Shown piece by piece: positions 31,101 to 41,666 of a DNA stretch of 64,000 bases (position 1 is the first letter of the stretch; every line of letters begins with the position of its first letter). Position numbers and translations under genes: made by a program. Source of the stretch: Escherichia phage DT57C; sequence record NC_027356.1, one strand, 5' to 3'. The notes under the pieces were generated by a model. The model was not told where the DNA came from and did no database searches. It saw only the letters and a list, made by a program, of their open reading frames with translations.

Positions 31101-31353
31101 CTCCAGCAGAAATAGCAGCTTCATTTTCAGAATCCTTTGCATTTAGTTCAGATTCTTTTGCTGCTATTTCAGAACCTTTAGCAGCAGCAGCGGATCCTGC
31201 AGAGGCCTCTACAGCAGCAGTTAATTCACCAGCAGTAATAGAACTAATAGAATTACCTAAAACTACTGTATATTTAGGATACTTACTAGCAGTAGTTGTA
31301 GTGTCATCTATGTTCAGAATCTGCTGTACAATAATTTTAGTTTTAAGTGCCAT
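28123..31353 (-). CDS. ltfA: L-shaped tail fibre protein A with C-terminal intramolecular chaperone domain
   Basis: 1076 aa; Ala/Glu-rich coiled shaft; two tail-collar-like modules; same C-terminal chaperone domain; adjacent to collar gene. Confidence 0.8.
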   Translation of the reverse strand: MALKTKIIVQQILNIDDTTTTASKYPKYTVVLGNSISSITAGELTAAVEASAGSAAAAKGSEIAAKESELNAKDSENEAAISAGASEESASQSAASAAESERQAGLSKGSADNSAASAQESEGFRDSAELAAQNAEQSRLLAEQAKTAAQQAQTAAEAAKTGAETAKDGADAAATTAGEHAAAARQSELNAKISETNAAGSATEAGDKAIDATTEADRAKAEADRATQIVDSKLDKVDISGFIKVYKTKAEADADVVNRVLDEKVLVWNQTNSKYGWYKVAGTAETPVLELVETEQKLTSVNNVRADDAGNVQITLPGGNPSLWLGEVTWFPYDKDSGVGYPGVLPADGREVLRVDYPDTWEAIEAGLIPSVSEAEWQAGASLYFSTGDGSTTFRLPDMMQGQAFRAPTKGEEDAGVIKDQIPYVVTVNGISPDAITGNVEIDTSLQGTVSINQGGTGATTKEDARIALELYSTTEVDSALADKADIATTYTKTEVDSALADKADIATTYTKVEVDSALADAKTQSDTDYLLKANNLSDLADRAAAWLNVRPIGSTPLAGDPVGDYDAVTKRWVENKINTGTVGPTMNGVMNYGVGDFHLRDSRAYIQPYEVVSDGQLLNRADWPELWAYAQMLSPISDADWLADPTKRGQYSLGDGSTTFRVPDRNGVQTGSISALFGRGDGGASSTGGTILDSAAPNITGSFGRLVYASTGTIYEANTGTGAFSAVLSQAKYKRLSEISAADGTAATYPSGFEFFASNSSPVYGRGSTEVRPKAFTGVWVIRASGGFVAANTSWSVINGDATRPADGTTADGGEIISRYNVNGVREAQMSWRIRAQIGAEHYARLNVYNATANRTAVYDFNDLGTFSAENLHSKGAIYSDGNLTIQNQGWPGINFKSNRYNTPATQIGGSTIIEVSGTDGNVSGVNLIRRRGDGNQAGQIIVSFPTTGGAIALQGTSGIEYKKDVTDADAQEAMDRINGQRLVNFVYKDDEQERVRFGVIAEEAELIAPQYIKHNQVSYEDILDEEGNKIGEKTRDRPSVDVNPIVMDLMGCVQALNAKIAALEARIAELESKE
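29790..29934. repeat. 57-bp tandem repeat (about 2.5 copies) inside ltfA
   Basis: unit AGTATACGTGGTAGCAATATCAGCCTTATCTGCTAAAGCAGAATCAAC... encoding repeated TEVDSALADKADIATTYTK. Confidence 0.8.
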
Positions 31354-31775
31354 TATTGAGTTACTCCATCGCTGATGTATACTTTACCTTCCATAATACG
31401 GAAAGAACTGACTTCAGAGCCAATTACATCACGAGTCATTAGGATATCATAATAACCCGCAAAGCGTTGTCTTGGGTTATACTTATCACGTTCTTTAGAT
31501 GCTTTTTCACCAATATTAGTAACGTCTGCAACGGAAAGACTAATTGCAGCAGCACCTTGAGCAGCATCAATAATACTAGTAGTAAAAGATGCCAAAGTTT
31601 CCGCGTTCTCGTCTAAGCTAGACTTAATAGTTCCACGAAGTGAATAACCTGTTAGATTAACAGGTATTTCAGAAGGAGGGTATACACTATCATCAACATC
31701 CATAAATTGCATGATAAGACCATAAGGCACTTTCTCATCAACAACAATATCAATTACTCTATTTTCAGTACTCAT
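31353..31775 (-). CDS. tail collar protein (T5 p132-like)
   Basis: 140 aa; immediately upstream of and coupled to ltfA; size and position match T5 p132 (memory). Confidence 0.55.
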   Translation of the reverse strand: MSTENRVIDIVVDEKVPYGLIMQFMDVDDSVYPPSEIPVNLTGYSLRGTIKSSLDENAETLASFTTSIIDAAQGAAAISLSVADVTNIGEKASKERDKYNPRQRFAGYYDILMTRDVIGSEVSSFRIMEGKVYISDGVTQ

Positions 31776-31779
31776 TATT

Positions 31780-33852
31780 TTACCTTATATGAATATATCC
31801 GTTTACTAGATCTATTTTCATCTTATATTGAGCTTCAGGATTTCCTGATAGTGCGGCAGCCCTATCATATATAGTATTAACACCTATTTGTGATAGAAAA
31901 GCATTTCCAGCTACTATTTTATCTGCTGTAATAGTACCATTAACTATCATATTACCATGAAGTACCATAGCTGGGTTAACCCAACCAGAACCGTTCCATT
32001 GTCTAGTAAACGCTGTTCCAGGTGCATCGCTTTTATACTCAGTCAATACATCATACTTAACAGGGGCACTACTGAAGTTAGATGTAAAGAAAGAATTAGC
32101 TTGTCCATCGTCCCAACCACCTAAACCTGCTATACCTACGGAATACATCCCAGGACCACGTTGCCCATCATGTCCGATAGTACCTTCAGTACCACTCCAC
32201 TGAACTACATCTGACCAGCTAGTACCCTCTAATAATCTATTAGTAACTGGATCAAGTGTACCCGTAGTCGCATAGATATTTTGTGTCATATCTGTGCGGT
32301 TAGGTGGAGTTTTTGACCAACCCGGAGGCGGATAATCTTGCTCTAGTGGTTTTGCTGGAAGTGAGGTTGCTAACTTATAAACAAATACTGTTTGCTTACC
32401 TTGCATACCAGTACCCAGATCTACATCGCCATTAGGAGTTCCAATAACTACTCCACTAGAAATACGTAGCACATCACCATCATAACGAATCCACTGTGTG
32501 GCATTACCAATGTCTAATTTAGCTTTGGCAGAGGTATTATCCATACCCATCCAAATACCTGAGTTATTATCCCCCCAAGATTTACCCTGAGTGTAAATTG
32601 CCGGATTATCCTCACCAGATAAGTTAGTCATGATAAAGTTCGCAGCATTAATATCTCTAGTAATTACTTTACCATCAACGTTAACAACACGGTTTATAGG
32701 GTCAAAAGAAATGGGTGCTTTTCCTTCTTCATCTAGCAGACCAATGTTAATAGCACCAGTAGCTGCGTCGATTAAGAATGTCTGTTTCCAGATTTCTCCC
32801 TCTTTCATGCTGCCCTTAATAAAGGCATAATTAACATCAATACCCGTCTCATTGACAAAACTGTTGTCTAGAGGAGTATCTTCATTCAATATAAATGTTG
32901 CAGGAGCTGATTCTGTTATATCTTGCCTATTTGGTCCCCAGGCAATTGATGATACCTTAAAAGTATGCTCAACTTTCCATGGGAATGATATAATCGTTGC
33001 AGCCCTAGCAGCCCCAACGTTTATCTTTTGAGCTTTAGCCCAACCAGTCCTAGCATATTCTTCAGAGTTTATATAAGTAACCAGAAATTCACGGACGTTA
33101 GCACCCGCCCCACGTTCCCAGTCCCATTCTATTCTAGCATCATAACGTTCCTTACCATCTGCAATTCGTGCAGCTTTAAAGGCAATGTTAGTAGGTGCAG
33201 TAGGCGGTACGAAATTATAAGCTACAGTGAAAACGCTAGGATATTCATAATAACCAGATGAGTCAACTGTAACACCATCTGGCATCGTAACTTGGCCAGA
33301 TATTCTGATCTTATAGTCACCAACAGGAACACCACCAAATTTGATAGTAGGTCCCAGTGCGCCTATATAATATTTAACCCATTCACTATCTTCTGATGCA
33401 GTACTTTTTAATTCAATAGTGCAGTAACTAGCTTCACCAGTTGTCTCTACAACAACTATGGGAGCACCAACACCAACGTCAACGGGTTCTGATTCAGATC
33501 TTGCTGCAACAATTATTGGCTTTTCCTTTGTTCTAAAGTTAGTTTCATTAGAGAGGTTGATACCAATCTTAGCTTCCAGTAACTCTGAGTCAATAATTGA
33601 GTCATAGAAAGCCCCCTGAATCTCATAGGAGGTAGAGGGGGTTAGATTATTAATCATTACGAAGAAAGTATCTACACCGGTGTAATCACGTCTATCTATA
33701 CTTTCTTCTACTTTTAACCAAAAAGATCTACCAATAACATCATAATCAGTATAAATGGAGTGCTGGACATAAGCCAAAGTATATCCAGTCATTATACTAT
33801 TTAAGACCATTTTGGCTGGTGCATTATTTGAAATCATTAAATGGATGCCCAC
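31780..33852 (-). CDS. baseplate/tail tip protein pb4-like
   Basis: 690 aa; position between collar and pb3 homologues; size matches T5 pb4. Confidence 0.65.
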   Translation of the reverse strand: MGIHLMISNNAPAKMVLNSIMTGYTLAYVQHSIYTDYDVIGRSFWLKVEESIDRRDYTGVDTFFVMINNLTPSTSYEIQGAFYDSIIDSELLEAKIGINLSNETNFRTKEKPIIVAARSESEPVDVGVGAPIVVVETTGEASYCTIELKSTASEDSEWVKYYIGALGPTIKFGGVPVGDYKIRISGQVTMPDGVTVDSSGYYEYPSVFTVAYNFVPPTAPTNIAFKAARIADGKERYDARIEWDWERGAGANVREFLVTYINSEEYARTGWAKAQKINVGAARAATIISFPWKVEHTFKVSSIAWGPNRQDITESAPATFILNEDTPLDNSFVNETGIDVNYAFIKGSMKEGEIWKQTFLIDAATGAINIGLLDEEGKAPISFDPINRVVNVDGKVITRDINAANFIMTNLSGEDNPAIYTQGKSWGDNNSGIWMGMDNTSAKAKLDIGNATQWIRYDGDVLRISSGVVIGTPNGDVDLGTGMQGKQTVFVYKLATSLPAKPLEQDYPPPGWSKTPPNRTDMTQNIYATTGTLDPVTNRLLEGTSWSDVVQWSGTEGTIGHDGQRGPGMYSVGIAGLGGWDDGQANSFFTSNFSSAPVKYDVLTEYKSDAPGTAFTRQWNGSGWVNPAMVLHGNMIVNGTITADKIVAGNAFLSQIGVNTIYDRAAALSGNPEAQYKMKIDLVNGYIHIR

Positions 33853-36686
33853 TCCACAGACTGTTCTCCATCATCCCCTTCAGCTCTAATACGAAAATAC
33901 AATTTTCTATTTATACCTAGAGCATCACTGTTCTGGAGAGCAAAGTCTGCCTTATTATATGTTAATAAATAGTCATAAGTATACTGATTTTCAATACGTA
34001 CACTTCTTAACATCCTATTTTGTGGATCGTGTATTTCAAGGGTATAAAATATACTCTCTATTATATCTTCTTCAGGTATTCTATCCCAGGCTAGTTTCAC
34101 ATCTGGGCCAACAAACTCAGTTACATCTCCAGAGGCAGTATTAGTTACCCTAAAATTAGATACTACACTAAGGTTTTTAGCGGAGTTAAGTTCTATGGAC
34201 AGAGTCACCGGAGAACTTCTTCTACCGTTAATATCTACTGCCCTTATCTCAAATATAGCCAGACCTGCTGGTTCCCCAATTATTTCTTGGATCATACGTT
34301 CGTTAGGGTTGGTCTCTAACTGTTGTACTATGTAAGGTTCGGCATGGCCTGAGTGCACAATAGAGTAGTAAACTACATTATTGGTTAGACTCGGAAGCCA
34401 GGATAACTCACCATTTTTACCTATAGAGCCTACTAAACCGCCAGGAGTAGGAGTATATTTAAAGTCTCTAGGAGGAAGGACATTATTACTAATATCGGGG
34501 ATATCATTACCGCTATTATCAACCTGCCCAGAGTTGATGAATACATCTTCTCCATACTCCTGTAAGGTAACATTTATCTTACCTTCTCTAGAGTTTTCCA
34601 CTTCGTCTACTAGGAAGTACTTCCTATCCCACCCATAACGGTCATATGTGAATGCAATAGCATCGTTAGGTTCAATACCAATGAATTGATACGGCAATGA
34701 GAAAGAAAGTGTTCTTGAGTATCTGGATTTCTTAAGTTCTCTATCAGCAAAACTTCTTGCAGTATAGTAATTAGTAATATTAGCAAACGATAGTTGTAAT
34801 TTTTTATCTAGGTTCTTGTCCTGTTCCTTATAATTGGAGTTATAGAATGTAATGGAATTAGTTTTCCAGCTAAGGGCTGGATCTACTATAGATGCTTGAA
34901 CTGAGTTGAATTTATTTCTACCAGTAGTATCTGATAGCTCCAAATCGCCATAAGTATCTAGAAAATTAATCTCTAACGGAGTATTAGAGTATTTTTCTAC
35001 AGTAACCCTATACTGGCCAGATAAGTTGTTAATAGCCCCACCATAGGACTCTAATAAACCTTGCACATTTTTAAATACTGATTCAGATGTATCCAGAATA
35101 GTATTCATTTGTACTATTTGTCTATTTTCCGCTAATGGATTAGTCCACCCAACGTATCTCCAATATGGCTGCCAAGATACCTGATAGGATTCATCTATAA
35201 TATCTAAAATAGCTGCTTCCTGTATTAATTGCTGAAGGGGGAACTGATCAATGGTAATATTAGCGCCGTATCTATCAGAGGTTAAGTAATCAAGTGTTTG
35301 CCAAATACCATTTAAACTAGTACTATTAGCAGTTACTCTACCATCAGAATGATAGACTTTTACTTTTTTACCTTGAATTTCAGCACTAACTTCTGGAATC
35401 TCAGTTCTGTTTTCATTAATAGTAAAACGCACTACGGCATAAGCAGTATCTAGTAGCTTATATCTAGCATCCCAGTATTCAGGCCCATTGCCATTCATAT
35501 TTTGAAGATAGAACCCGCGGTTTCTAGCGATGTTCACTAGCACATCAGAGGCTGTTTGATTAGACTTTCCGTGGTAAGTCCAGATCCTTATATCACCATT
35601 TCCATCATTATACCTATACTCTTGACCATGAACGGATGGACTACTAGAGGAAATTCCAGATGCTATCCGCTGCATGGTATCTCCTACTATTTTTTTAGTA
35701 CCGAAGCAGGTTCTAGCGGAGCTATCATTAGCGTCTACACAGATCATAGGATTATCACCGAAGGAGAAATCAAGAAAACCATCAATCTCCCCCTCAGCAA
35801 AGGCGTATACGACATAAACTATGTTGGGATTATGTAGTTCTGTATCAGCAAAAATAGGTATTCCAGGAATTTTTTGAACTCCATAAACTACTGGTATATA
35901 TTTAGCAGCAAGGTTAAAATCTATATCTACTTCCTTAGTAACAGTTTCATAATACTTTTTAAGGCTGTAGCTTCTAGATAAGCCAAATAATTTTTTCTTT
36001 GATTTTAGCTTGTATCTTTCTTCTTGAACCTGATACTTTGCTAGTATAGATATACTTTTATTAGCATGAAAGAACCCATAGTCTTCTTGGTACTCAAGTC
36101 TTTTAGCACCGTTAGATGGTAATAGCTGTCCCGCTACAACTTCAAGCCCCCTATGAGAAGCGTCATCAGTATATCTACCATTAACTCTATCAAAGTCATA
36201 GAATTGGTTAGAACAATTCCAGGTAATTGTAGAGGTTCCTACTCCAGAGGTACTAATGTTATCTTTAATACCCCCTCCAGTAATCCTCCCCCTAAAGTAT
36301 AGTAAAGGACCATTTGTATCTGGGTCTACTGGCAGAATAGAACCATCTTCAGTAATAATTGCTTGATGAATTGATACGGTTCTATCTAAGAAGGATACAC
36401 CATTTTGTACTAGTTTTAGTACTTCATCTTGTGCTGTACCAGTAATAGTAAAAGATAGACTGCCAATAGATAAATCTCTGTTTTGTTTATGCGGGCTAAT
36501 AGACTTAACTTTACCTGCCTGGTATAGGATGCCATTATATATTACATCCCTAAAATAATCAGTTAAATAAATAAAAGCAGTACTAGTACCAGTAGAGCCA
36601 GGTAACTCTAGGGAAATTAGACTAGCAGTTTTTATTCTGCTATTATTTTTTAAGTAGTTTCTAGCACTATCTAGTATTTGTTTCAT
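33837..36686 (-). CDS. baseplate hub protein pb3-like
   Basis: 949 aa, the size of T5 pb3; between Dit-like and pb4-like genes. Confidence 0.7.
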   Translation of the reverse strand: MKQILDSARNYLKNNSRIKTASLISLELPGSTGTSTAFIYLTDYFRDVIYNGILYQAGKVKSISPHKQNRDLSIGSLSFTITGTAQDEVLKLVQNGVSFLDRTVSIHQAIITEDGSILPVDPDTNGPLLYFRGRITGGGIKDNISTSGVGTSTITWNCSNQFYDFDRVNGRYTDDASHRGLEVVAGQLLPSNGAKRLEYQEDYGFFHANKSISILAKYQVQEERYKLKSKKKLFGLSRSYSLKKYYETVTKEVDIDFNLAAKYIPVVYGVQKIPGIPIFADTELHNPNIVYVVYAFAEGEIDGFLDFSFGDNPMICVDANDSSARTCFGTKKIVGDTMQRIASGISSSSPSVHGQEYRYNDGNGDIRIWTYHGKSNQTASDVLVNIARNRGFYLQNMNGNGPEYWDARYKLLDTAYAVVRFTINENRTEIPEVSAEIQGKKVKVYHSDGRVTANSTSLNGIWQTLDYLTSDRYGANITIDQFPLQQLIQEAAILDIIDESYQVSWQPYWRYVGWTNPLAENRQIVQMNTILDTSESVFKNVQGLLESYGGAINNLSGQYRVTVEKYSNTPLEINFLDTYGDLELSDTTGRNKFNSVQASIVDPALSWKTNSITFYNSNYKEQDKNLDKKLQLSFANITNYYTARSFADRELKKSRYSRTLSFSLPYQFIGIEPNDAIAFTYDRYGWDRKYFLVDEVENSREGKINVTLQEYGEDVFINSGQVDNSGNDIPDISNNVLPPRDFKYTPTPGGLVGSIGKNGELSWLPSLTNNVVYYSIVHSGHAEPYIVQQLETNPNERMIQEIIGEPAGLAIFEIRAVDINGRRSSPVTLSIELNSAKNLSVVSNFRVTNTASGDVTEFVGPDVKLAWDRIPEEDIIESIFYTLEIHDPQNRMLRSVRIENQYTYDYLLTYNKADFALQNSDALGINRKLYFRIRAEGDDGEQSVEWASI

Positions 36687-37297
36687 AAACTTTCCCGTAA
36701 ATTTAATGAGATGCCGGAATATGTTCCGTTATTATTTAATGTAGATCCGAAAGCATCACCATTCATGAGTTTTGTTCTAAATAGTATCCCATTAAATACT
36801 GGTTTCTCAGCTCCAGTGGTGGTTATAAATAGGTCAGGGTATACGTTAATAGACCATGAATTGCCAGATCTATTAAATGATGTTATTTTATAAACTTTTG
36901 GGTGATTGGATAATTTAAATAAATCACCTGGTTTAGGGATACCAGTAAGAACACCTTGTGTATCCATAGTAATATTGGAACCTTTTTGTCCTGCTGGTAT
37001 ATTTACTAAGTTAGTATTGCCCCTAACCCTAAAAGCCTCATACTGAGGTAATATAACATCTATATAACCACCGGTCCTTTTGTACTCTAGAATAAAAGCA
37101 TCTAGAACACTATATTCATCTGGAAATAGTTCTGGGTAGGAAATATTTATACCCCAGTATTGAGCAGATACCTTAACTTCGTTAACTTTACCATTAGGTA
37201 ACTCATCACGAATTACTGGGTCATTATCAATCAGGTTAACACTTTCGAATCCTAATCCTGAAAGTTCTGGATTCGTGTATGGGTCTGGTAATCTCAT
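36683..37297 (-). CDS. distal tail protein (Dit, pb9-like)
   Basis: 204 aa; immediately downstream of the tape-measure gene. Confidence 0.65.
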   Translation of the reverse strand: MRLPDPYTNPELSGLGFESVNLIDNDPVIRDELPNGKVNEVKVSAQYWGINISYPELFPDEYSVLDAFILEYKRTGGYIDVILPQYEAFRVRGNTNLVNIPAGQKGSNITMDTQGVLTGIPKPGDLFKLSNHPKVYKITSFNRSGNSWSINVYPDLFITTTGAEKPVFNGILFRTKLMNGDAFGSTLNNNGTYSGISLNLRESL

Positions 37298-37324
37298 AGT
37301 TAATTTCTCCTCTTAGATACAATT

Positions 37325-37353
37325 ATTATAATAGTATTAGAAAATTTTATCAA
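37325..37353 (-). promoter_or_regulatory. sigma70-like promoter upstream of Dit gene
   Basis: minus strand reads TTGATA, 17 bp, TATAAT, followed by RBS GAGGAG. Confidence 0.4.
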
Positions 37354-37365
37354 GAAATTTTTATT

Positions 37366-37400
37366 TTTCCATAAAGAAAAGGAGGACTCAAAGTCCTCCT
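37366..37400 (-). terminator. terminator after tape-measure gene
   Basis: AGGAGGAC/GTCCTCCT stem followed by a T-run on the minus strand. Confidence 0.55.
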
Positions 37401-37406
37401 CCAGTT

Positions 37407-40400
37407 TTAAGAATTTCCTAGTGTTTTTAGGCTAGCACCATTTTCATTCAGAGCTAATTCTACTGCATCCCTCAGAGCACCGCTATTACTAGAGGCGAAC
37501 TCTCTAAAACTAGCAGCATCCATAGCACTAATATTCAGGATGATAGGTCTTCCTGCGGTTGAATTAGAGGAATTTTTTAACTCATCATTAGGTGTAGCTT
37601 TCATAGGAACCATAGGTGTAACTACTTCTGTACCGTGTTCTCCCATCTGATAGCTAACCCCTGGGTACATATTACCACCTTCGGCACGCGGAACAAAGGA
37701 GTTAGCATTACCAATACCTTTATCACCACGCACATAAGATAGTTCTCCAGCATTAGCAGACATAGATACATCAATGTTCTTCTGACGCTCTCCAAGAGTT
37801 AAATAACTAGCGGTATCAGCTCCAGAATCCCCTATACTAGACATGCCAGAGGCAGAAGATGCTTGAGCAAGCGCTAAGGCACCTGCTAAACCTGCCGCTA
37901 TCATCAGAGGAATAGAGAACGGGTATGGTACAGCTGTTGCTGCCTGCATAACTGCTACTGCGGTTTGGATGATAATCTGTTTCTTAGCTGCGTCTTGTTG
38001 AATCTTCAGCTTTTCAGCTTCCAGTTTCTTCAGTTTAGCTTTAGATGCCTCAGATTTACCATCACGTTTCTGTTCAGCGGCAATAGCCTGATCAATTGCA
38101 CTAACCTGCTGACTAGTACTATACTGAATCATGGAAGCCACAGTCTGCATACCAACTGCAATAGTAGAAGTGGTATCTAGAGATCCCTGGGAGAACTGAA
38201 TCATAGCATTGGCTAAGTTACCCATACTTTGTGCTACCGCAGTTGCTTCGGAGTTTAGCTCGGACAGCTTAGAGATTGCTTGGTCATAAGAAGCCAATTG
38301 ATTTCCCATATCTGCAAATTTCTTATCTTCTCCAGATAACCCAGTAGTAGGGGTGTATACAGCACCTAAAGAAGATCCAACAGAAGATTGCATTTGAGCA
38401 TTACGTTGTGCTGTTAAAGCAGACATTTGAGCCCTTGTCTTGGCTATTTCAGCATTCCAGCGCATCTGCTCATTAGCATTATCTTTAGTAAGCTCCTTCA
38501 TCTGAGTATAAAAATCTAGCTGCATTTCCATTTTCTGCATTTCCCCAGCCAGAGGGAACATGGAAGTTAGTGTATTTTCAAAGGCTTCTTGCCTTTTGCT
38601 GGTCATTTCAGCTTGCTGATCTTGGTGGAATTTCCAGATTTCACGCTCTATCTGTGCTTGAGCACGCCTAGATTGTTCAGCCTCTTTTTGTTTATCTGCC
38701 TGTTTTGTGTACCACTCATATTTTTCCTTTTCAATAGTCAGCTCTAGATTTAACTGCGCCAGACGATACTGAGTATCAGTCATAGTACGGTTATTCAAGA
38801 GAGCAATCTCACGATCAACACCAAGAATCTTATCTGTATAATCCTTGACCTTCTTCTGAGCTTCCATTCCCTGGTTAGTGAGTTTAATTTTCTCCAGCTG
38901 AATTTTTTCAATTTCTCTCTCAACAGCTTTATTCCCCTGGTTTGTTTGAAGAACACGGCGTAAAGCAGCTTCTTGCTCTTCTAACTGTTGGAGTTCTAAA
39001 CGCCTACCAGCTTCCTGTGCCTTTTCTTTATCCTTAGTTTGATTATATACATCAGCTATCTTCTGTTGAACTGCTAACTGATTTTTAGTTTCATTACCAG
39101 TTAGTTTAACATACTCAGATAGAGCCTGAGATGCAGTTTTCATTTCAGACAGGGTGTTATAACCCAGGTTAAGGTTTTTAACATACTCATCGGCACTCTT
39201 ACCAGTGCCTAAGGATAGAGATTCTATATTTTTTATAGCATCTGCTAGTGTAGCACTAGTTTTAGCAGCGGTATCTGTATTCTGAGCAACGTTCTGTATA
39301 TCATTAGCTAGGTCACTAGCAGTTTTCTTAGTCTGATTATATGCTTTTTGTTGTTCAGTTAGTCCTTTTAATACAGTAGAGTTAAAATCGTATACAGCAC
39401 CAGGATCAGTAGTATCCCTCTGTAGATTAATTTGTTTTTGGAATTCTGGATTAGCTTTTGCAGCAGCAGCACCTGCAGCTTGATAAGCTGACTTCCAAGC
39501 ATTAAGGTTCTCGGTGGAATCAGTAACTTCTTTATCCAAGCGTGCTACTTGTAGTCCCATAGCGGCAGTTTCTTCTACAAACTTTTTATTGGCTTCAGAA
39601 GCACCCGCGGTTGCAAGACCAGCAGGAATACCCTCACCAACTTGACGTATAGCTAGTTTTGTATAGAAATCTGCTTGCTCCATTCGTTTATCAAATTCGG
39701 ATTTTAGCTTATTACGCTTATCAAGAGATTCCTTATACATATCTAAGGCTTTATTGTACCCCTCTTCAGAGGCAGATAGACTTAAAGCAACAGCACCAAC
39801 GTTGGTAGGATCTATCTGTTTATTAGTTTGTTCTTGCGCCCTAGCTGCTTCAGCAGATATAGAAGCCTGAGAAGTATAAAATACTGTGTTGATAGCATCA
39901 ATTACTGGCCCTAAGTACTTAGCAGCAGCTTGTTGTATTGTTCTTAGTGCAGCATCTGCGTTAGCAGCAAACTGCTCCCACGGAGTAGCGCGCAGAACTT
40001 CATCTAGATACCCAAAACGTTTAGTAGACTCTGCTATAACAGCATTGGCATACGCTTGCTGTTTCTGGAAGGTAGTAAGGCTATTAATATTATATGTTAT
40101 ACCTGTGTTTGCAGCATTTAACTGTTTAACGTAATCAGCATAAGCATCATTAAGACGGATAGTAACACCAAGTTCATCCAGAAGTTCGATTTCCTGTTTA
40201 GATACACCCTTAATTACACGGTTAAGTGCATCAGTCATATCAACGCCAAGAACAGCAGCAGCACGACGAGCTACTAGACCAAACTTATTAAGTTGTTCAG
40301 CATCAAAACCGTATGCAGAAGCAGAGGATGCTTGTCTCATAGCTTCTTCAAAGGAAATAGCGTACCCGGCTGCTTCTTGTAGTGATCTAGCAAGGGACTG

Positions 40401-41090
40401 AACAGGAGTACCTGTCTGAGTACCTACTATAACACCAAATTCTTCTAGACGATTTAGCTGGTCACCTAGTTTAAGTTGTTCGAATGCAGATTGCAAAACG
40501 AAGATGTTAGAAGCAATAGCAGCGTACAGAAGAGGTAAACCACCACCAACTTTAGCCATTGCAGCAAAATCACGAGTTGCACCGCGTGCTGAACCAGAAG
40601 TATTACCAATAGCTCTAGAAGCTCTACCAGCGGCACCAGCAGTATCATTAAAACCTCTAGCTGTACCACCTAAAACTCTATTGGTATCGTACAATCTATC
40701 TTGAACTTTCTCTGTCGCAGCTGCAACATCATTACCCATTACTTTAACAGACCTAGATACTCCATCAAATCCAGCCTCTAGTTTGTCTGCTACTTCAATC
40801 ATTGCAATAGATAGATCATCCAGCTTAGCACCTATACTATCAATAGATTTAGTGATACCAGCCATACCCCTACTAGCCTGCATTTTAGTAAGACTTTTTG
40901 CTGCTCTATCTGCTGCCCTCTCAATGGAGTATAGAGTTTTGGGCATTTTACCTAGCTGTTCATTTGTCAGTTCGGAAGCAGCAGCAGCATTTTCTAATGC
41001 ATCAGATACGTTTTCAATAGACTTTGCAGTACGGGTTGCCCCCTTCTGTTTAACGTCTATTAGTAATTCTCGTATTAGCTTATCAGTCAT
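37407..41090 (-). CDS. tail tape-measure protein (pb2-like)
   Basis: 1227 aa; extended coiled-coil, Ala/Gln/Glu-rich; hydrophobic segment near the C-terminus; size and position match T5 pb2. Confidence 0.85.
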   Translation of the reverse strand: MTDKLIRELLIDVKQKGATRTAKSIENVSDALENAAAASELTNEQLGKMPKTLYSIERAADRAAKSLTKMQASRGMAGITKSIDSIGAKLDDLSIAMIEVADKLEAGFDGVSRSVKVMGNDVAAATEKVQDRLYDTNRVLGGTARGFNDTAGAAGRASRAIGNTSGSARGATRDFAAMAKVGGGLPLLYAAIASNIFVLQSAFEQLKLGDQLNRLEEFGVIVGTQTGTPVQSLARSLQEAAGYAISFEEAMRQASSASAYGFDAEQLNKFGLVARRAAAVLGVDMTDALNRVIKGVSKQEIELLDELGVTIRLNDAYADYVKQLNAANTGITYNINSLTTFQKQQAYANAVIAESTKRFGYLDEVLRATPWEQFAANADAALRTIQQAAAKYLGPVIDAINTVFYTSQASISAEAARAQEQTNKQIDPTNVGAVALSLSASEEGYNKALDMYKESLDKRNKLKSEFDKRMEQADFYTKLAIRQVGEGIPAGLATAGASEANKKFVEETAAMGLQVARLDKEVTDSTENLNAWKSAYQAAGAAAAKANPEFQKQINLQRDTTDPGAVYDFNSTVLKGLTEQQKAYNQTKKTASDLANDIQNVAQNTDTAAKTSATLADAIKNIESLSLGTGKSADEYVKNLNLGYNTLSEMKTASQALSEYVKLTGNETKNQLAVQQKIADVYNQTKDKEKAQEAGRRLELQQLEEQEAALRRVLQTNQGNKAVEREIEKIQLEKIKLTNQGMEAQKKVKDYTDKILGVDREIALLNNRTMTDTQYRLAQLNLELTIEKEKYEWYTKQADKQKEAEQSRRAQAQIEREIWKFHQDQQAEMTSKRQEAFENTLTSMFPLAGEMQKMEMQLDFYTQMKELTKDNANEQMRWNAEIAKTRAQMSALTAQRNAQMQSSVGSSLGAVYTPTTGLSGEDKKFADMGNQLASYDQAISKLSELNSEATAVAQSMGNLANAMIQFSQGSLDTTSTIAVGMQTVASMIQYSTSQQVSAIDQAIAAEQKRDGKSEASKAKLKKLEAEKLKIQQDAAKKQIIIQTAVAVMQAATAVPYPFSIPLMIAAGLAGALALAQASSASGMSSIGDSGADTASYLTLGERQKNIDVSMSANAGELSYVRGDKGIGNANSFVPRAEGGNMYPGVSYQMGEHGTEVVTPMVPMKATPNDELKNSSNSTAGRPIILNISAMDAASFREFASSNSGALRDAVELALNENGASLKTLGNS

Positions 41091-41104
41091 AATTTATTTT
41101 TCCC

Positions 41105-41140
41105 AATAAAAAAGGCTCTGGGCATATCACCCAGAGCCAA
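41105..41140 (-). terminator. hairpin terminator/attenuator upstream of tape-measure gene
   Basis: GGCTCTGGG/CCCAGAGCC stem with flanking T-run on the minus strand. Confidence 0.5.
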
Positions 41141-41174
41141 GCCTCATCGTGGAACGCCCCATTGGAGGAAACTT

Positions 41175-41666
41175 TTACCGTGCTCGAGATTTGGCATGTG
41201 GCTTAACGTTAGGTATTCTACCGTTTTGCGGCTTATGCTTCTCAGCACGTTTACGTGCAGCGTCTACAGCTTTAGCATCAAATATATTGATAATGTGTAG
41301 AACAAATTCTTTTTCTATAGGATCGGTAATCCCATAAATATCGAATAAAACACCTAAAGCAGCTTTGTCTTTGCCTATAAATATAGGAAAGTCACCCGGT
41401 ATGAAACAGTCAACTAGACTGTTATAGATATTCATACTAATAGCTACAATAGGTGGAAAGTCTTCAAGTTCAACAGGCATAGCCTTAGGATCAGGTTCTA
41501 TACCCATTGACTCACAAAGTATTAAATATTGTTGTTTAGTCATTTTAGATGCTGAGCTTTTAATACACTTATCTGCAAAATCAGCAACAGCATCTAGTAG
41601 TTCTTTACGCTTTTGAGCTACGAAAAGTATCGAGGTGGAACACTGTCTGGTTGATCCAAGAATCAA
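41175..41666 (-). CDS. tail assembly chaperone, probable frameshift-extension ORF
   Basis: 163-aa ORF in the +1 frame relative to and overlapping the upstream chaperone ORF, without a convincing own start. Confidence 0.45.
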   Translation of the reverse strand: MILGSTRQCSTSILFVAQKRKELLDAVADFADKCIKSSASKMTKQQYLILCESMGIEPDPKAMPVELEDFPPIVAISMNIYNSLVDCFIPGDFPIFIGKDKAALGVLFDIYGITDPIEKEFVLHIINIFDAKAVDAARKRAEKHKPQNGRIPNVKPHAKSRAR

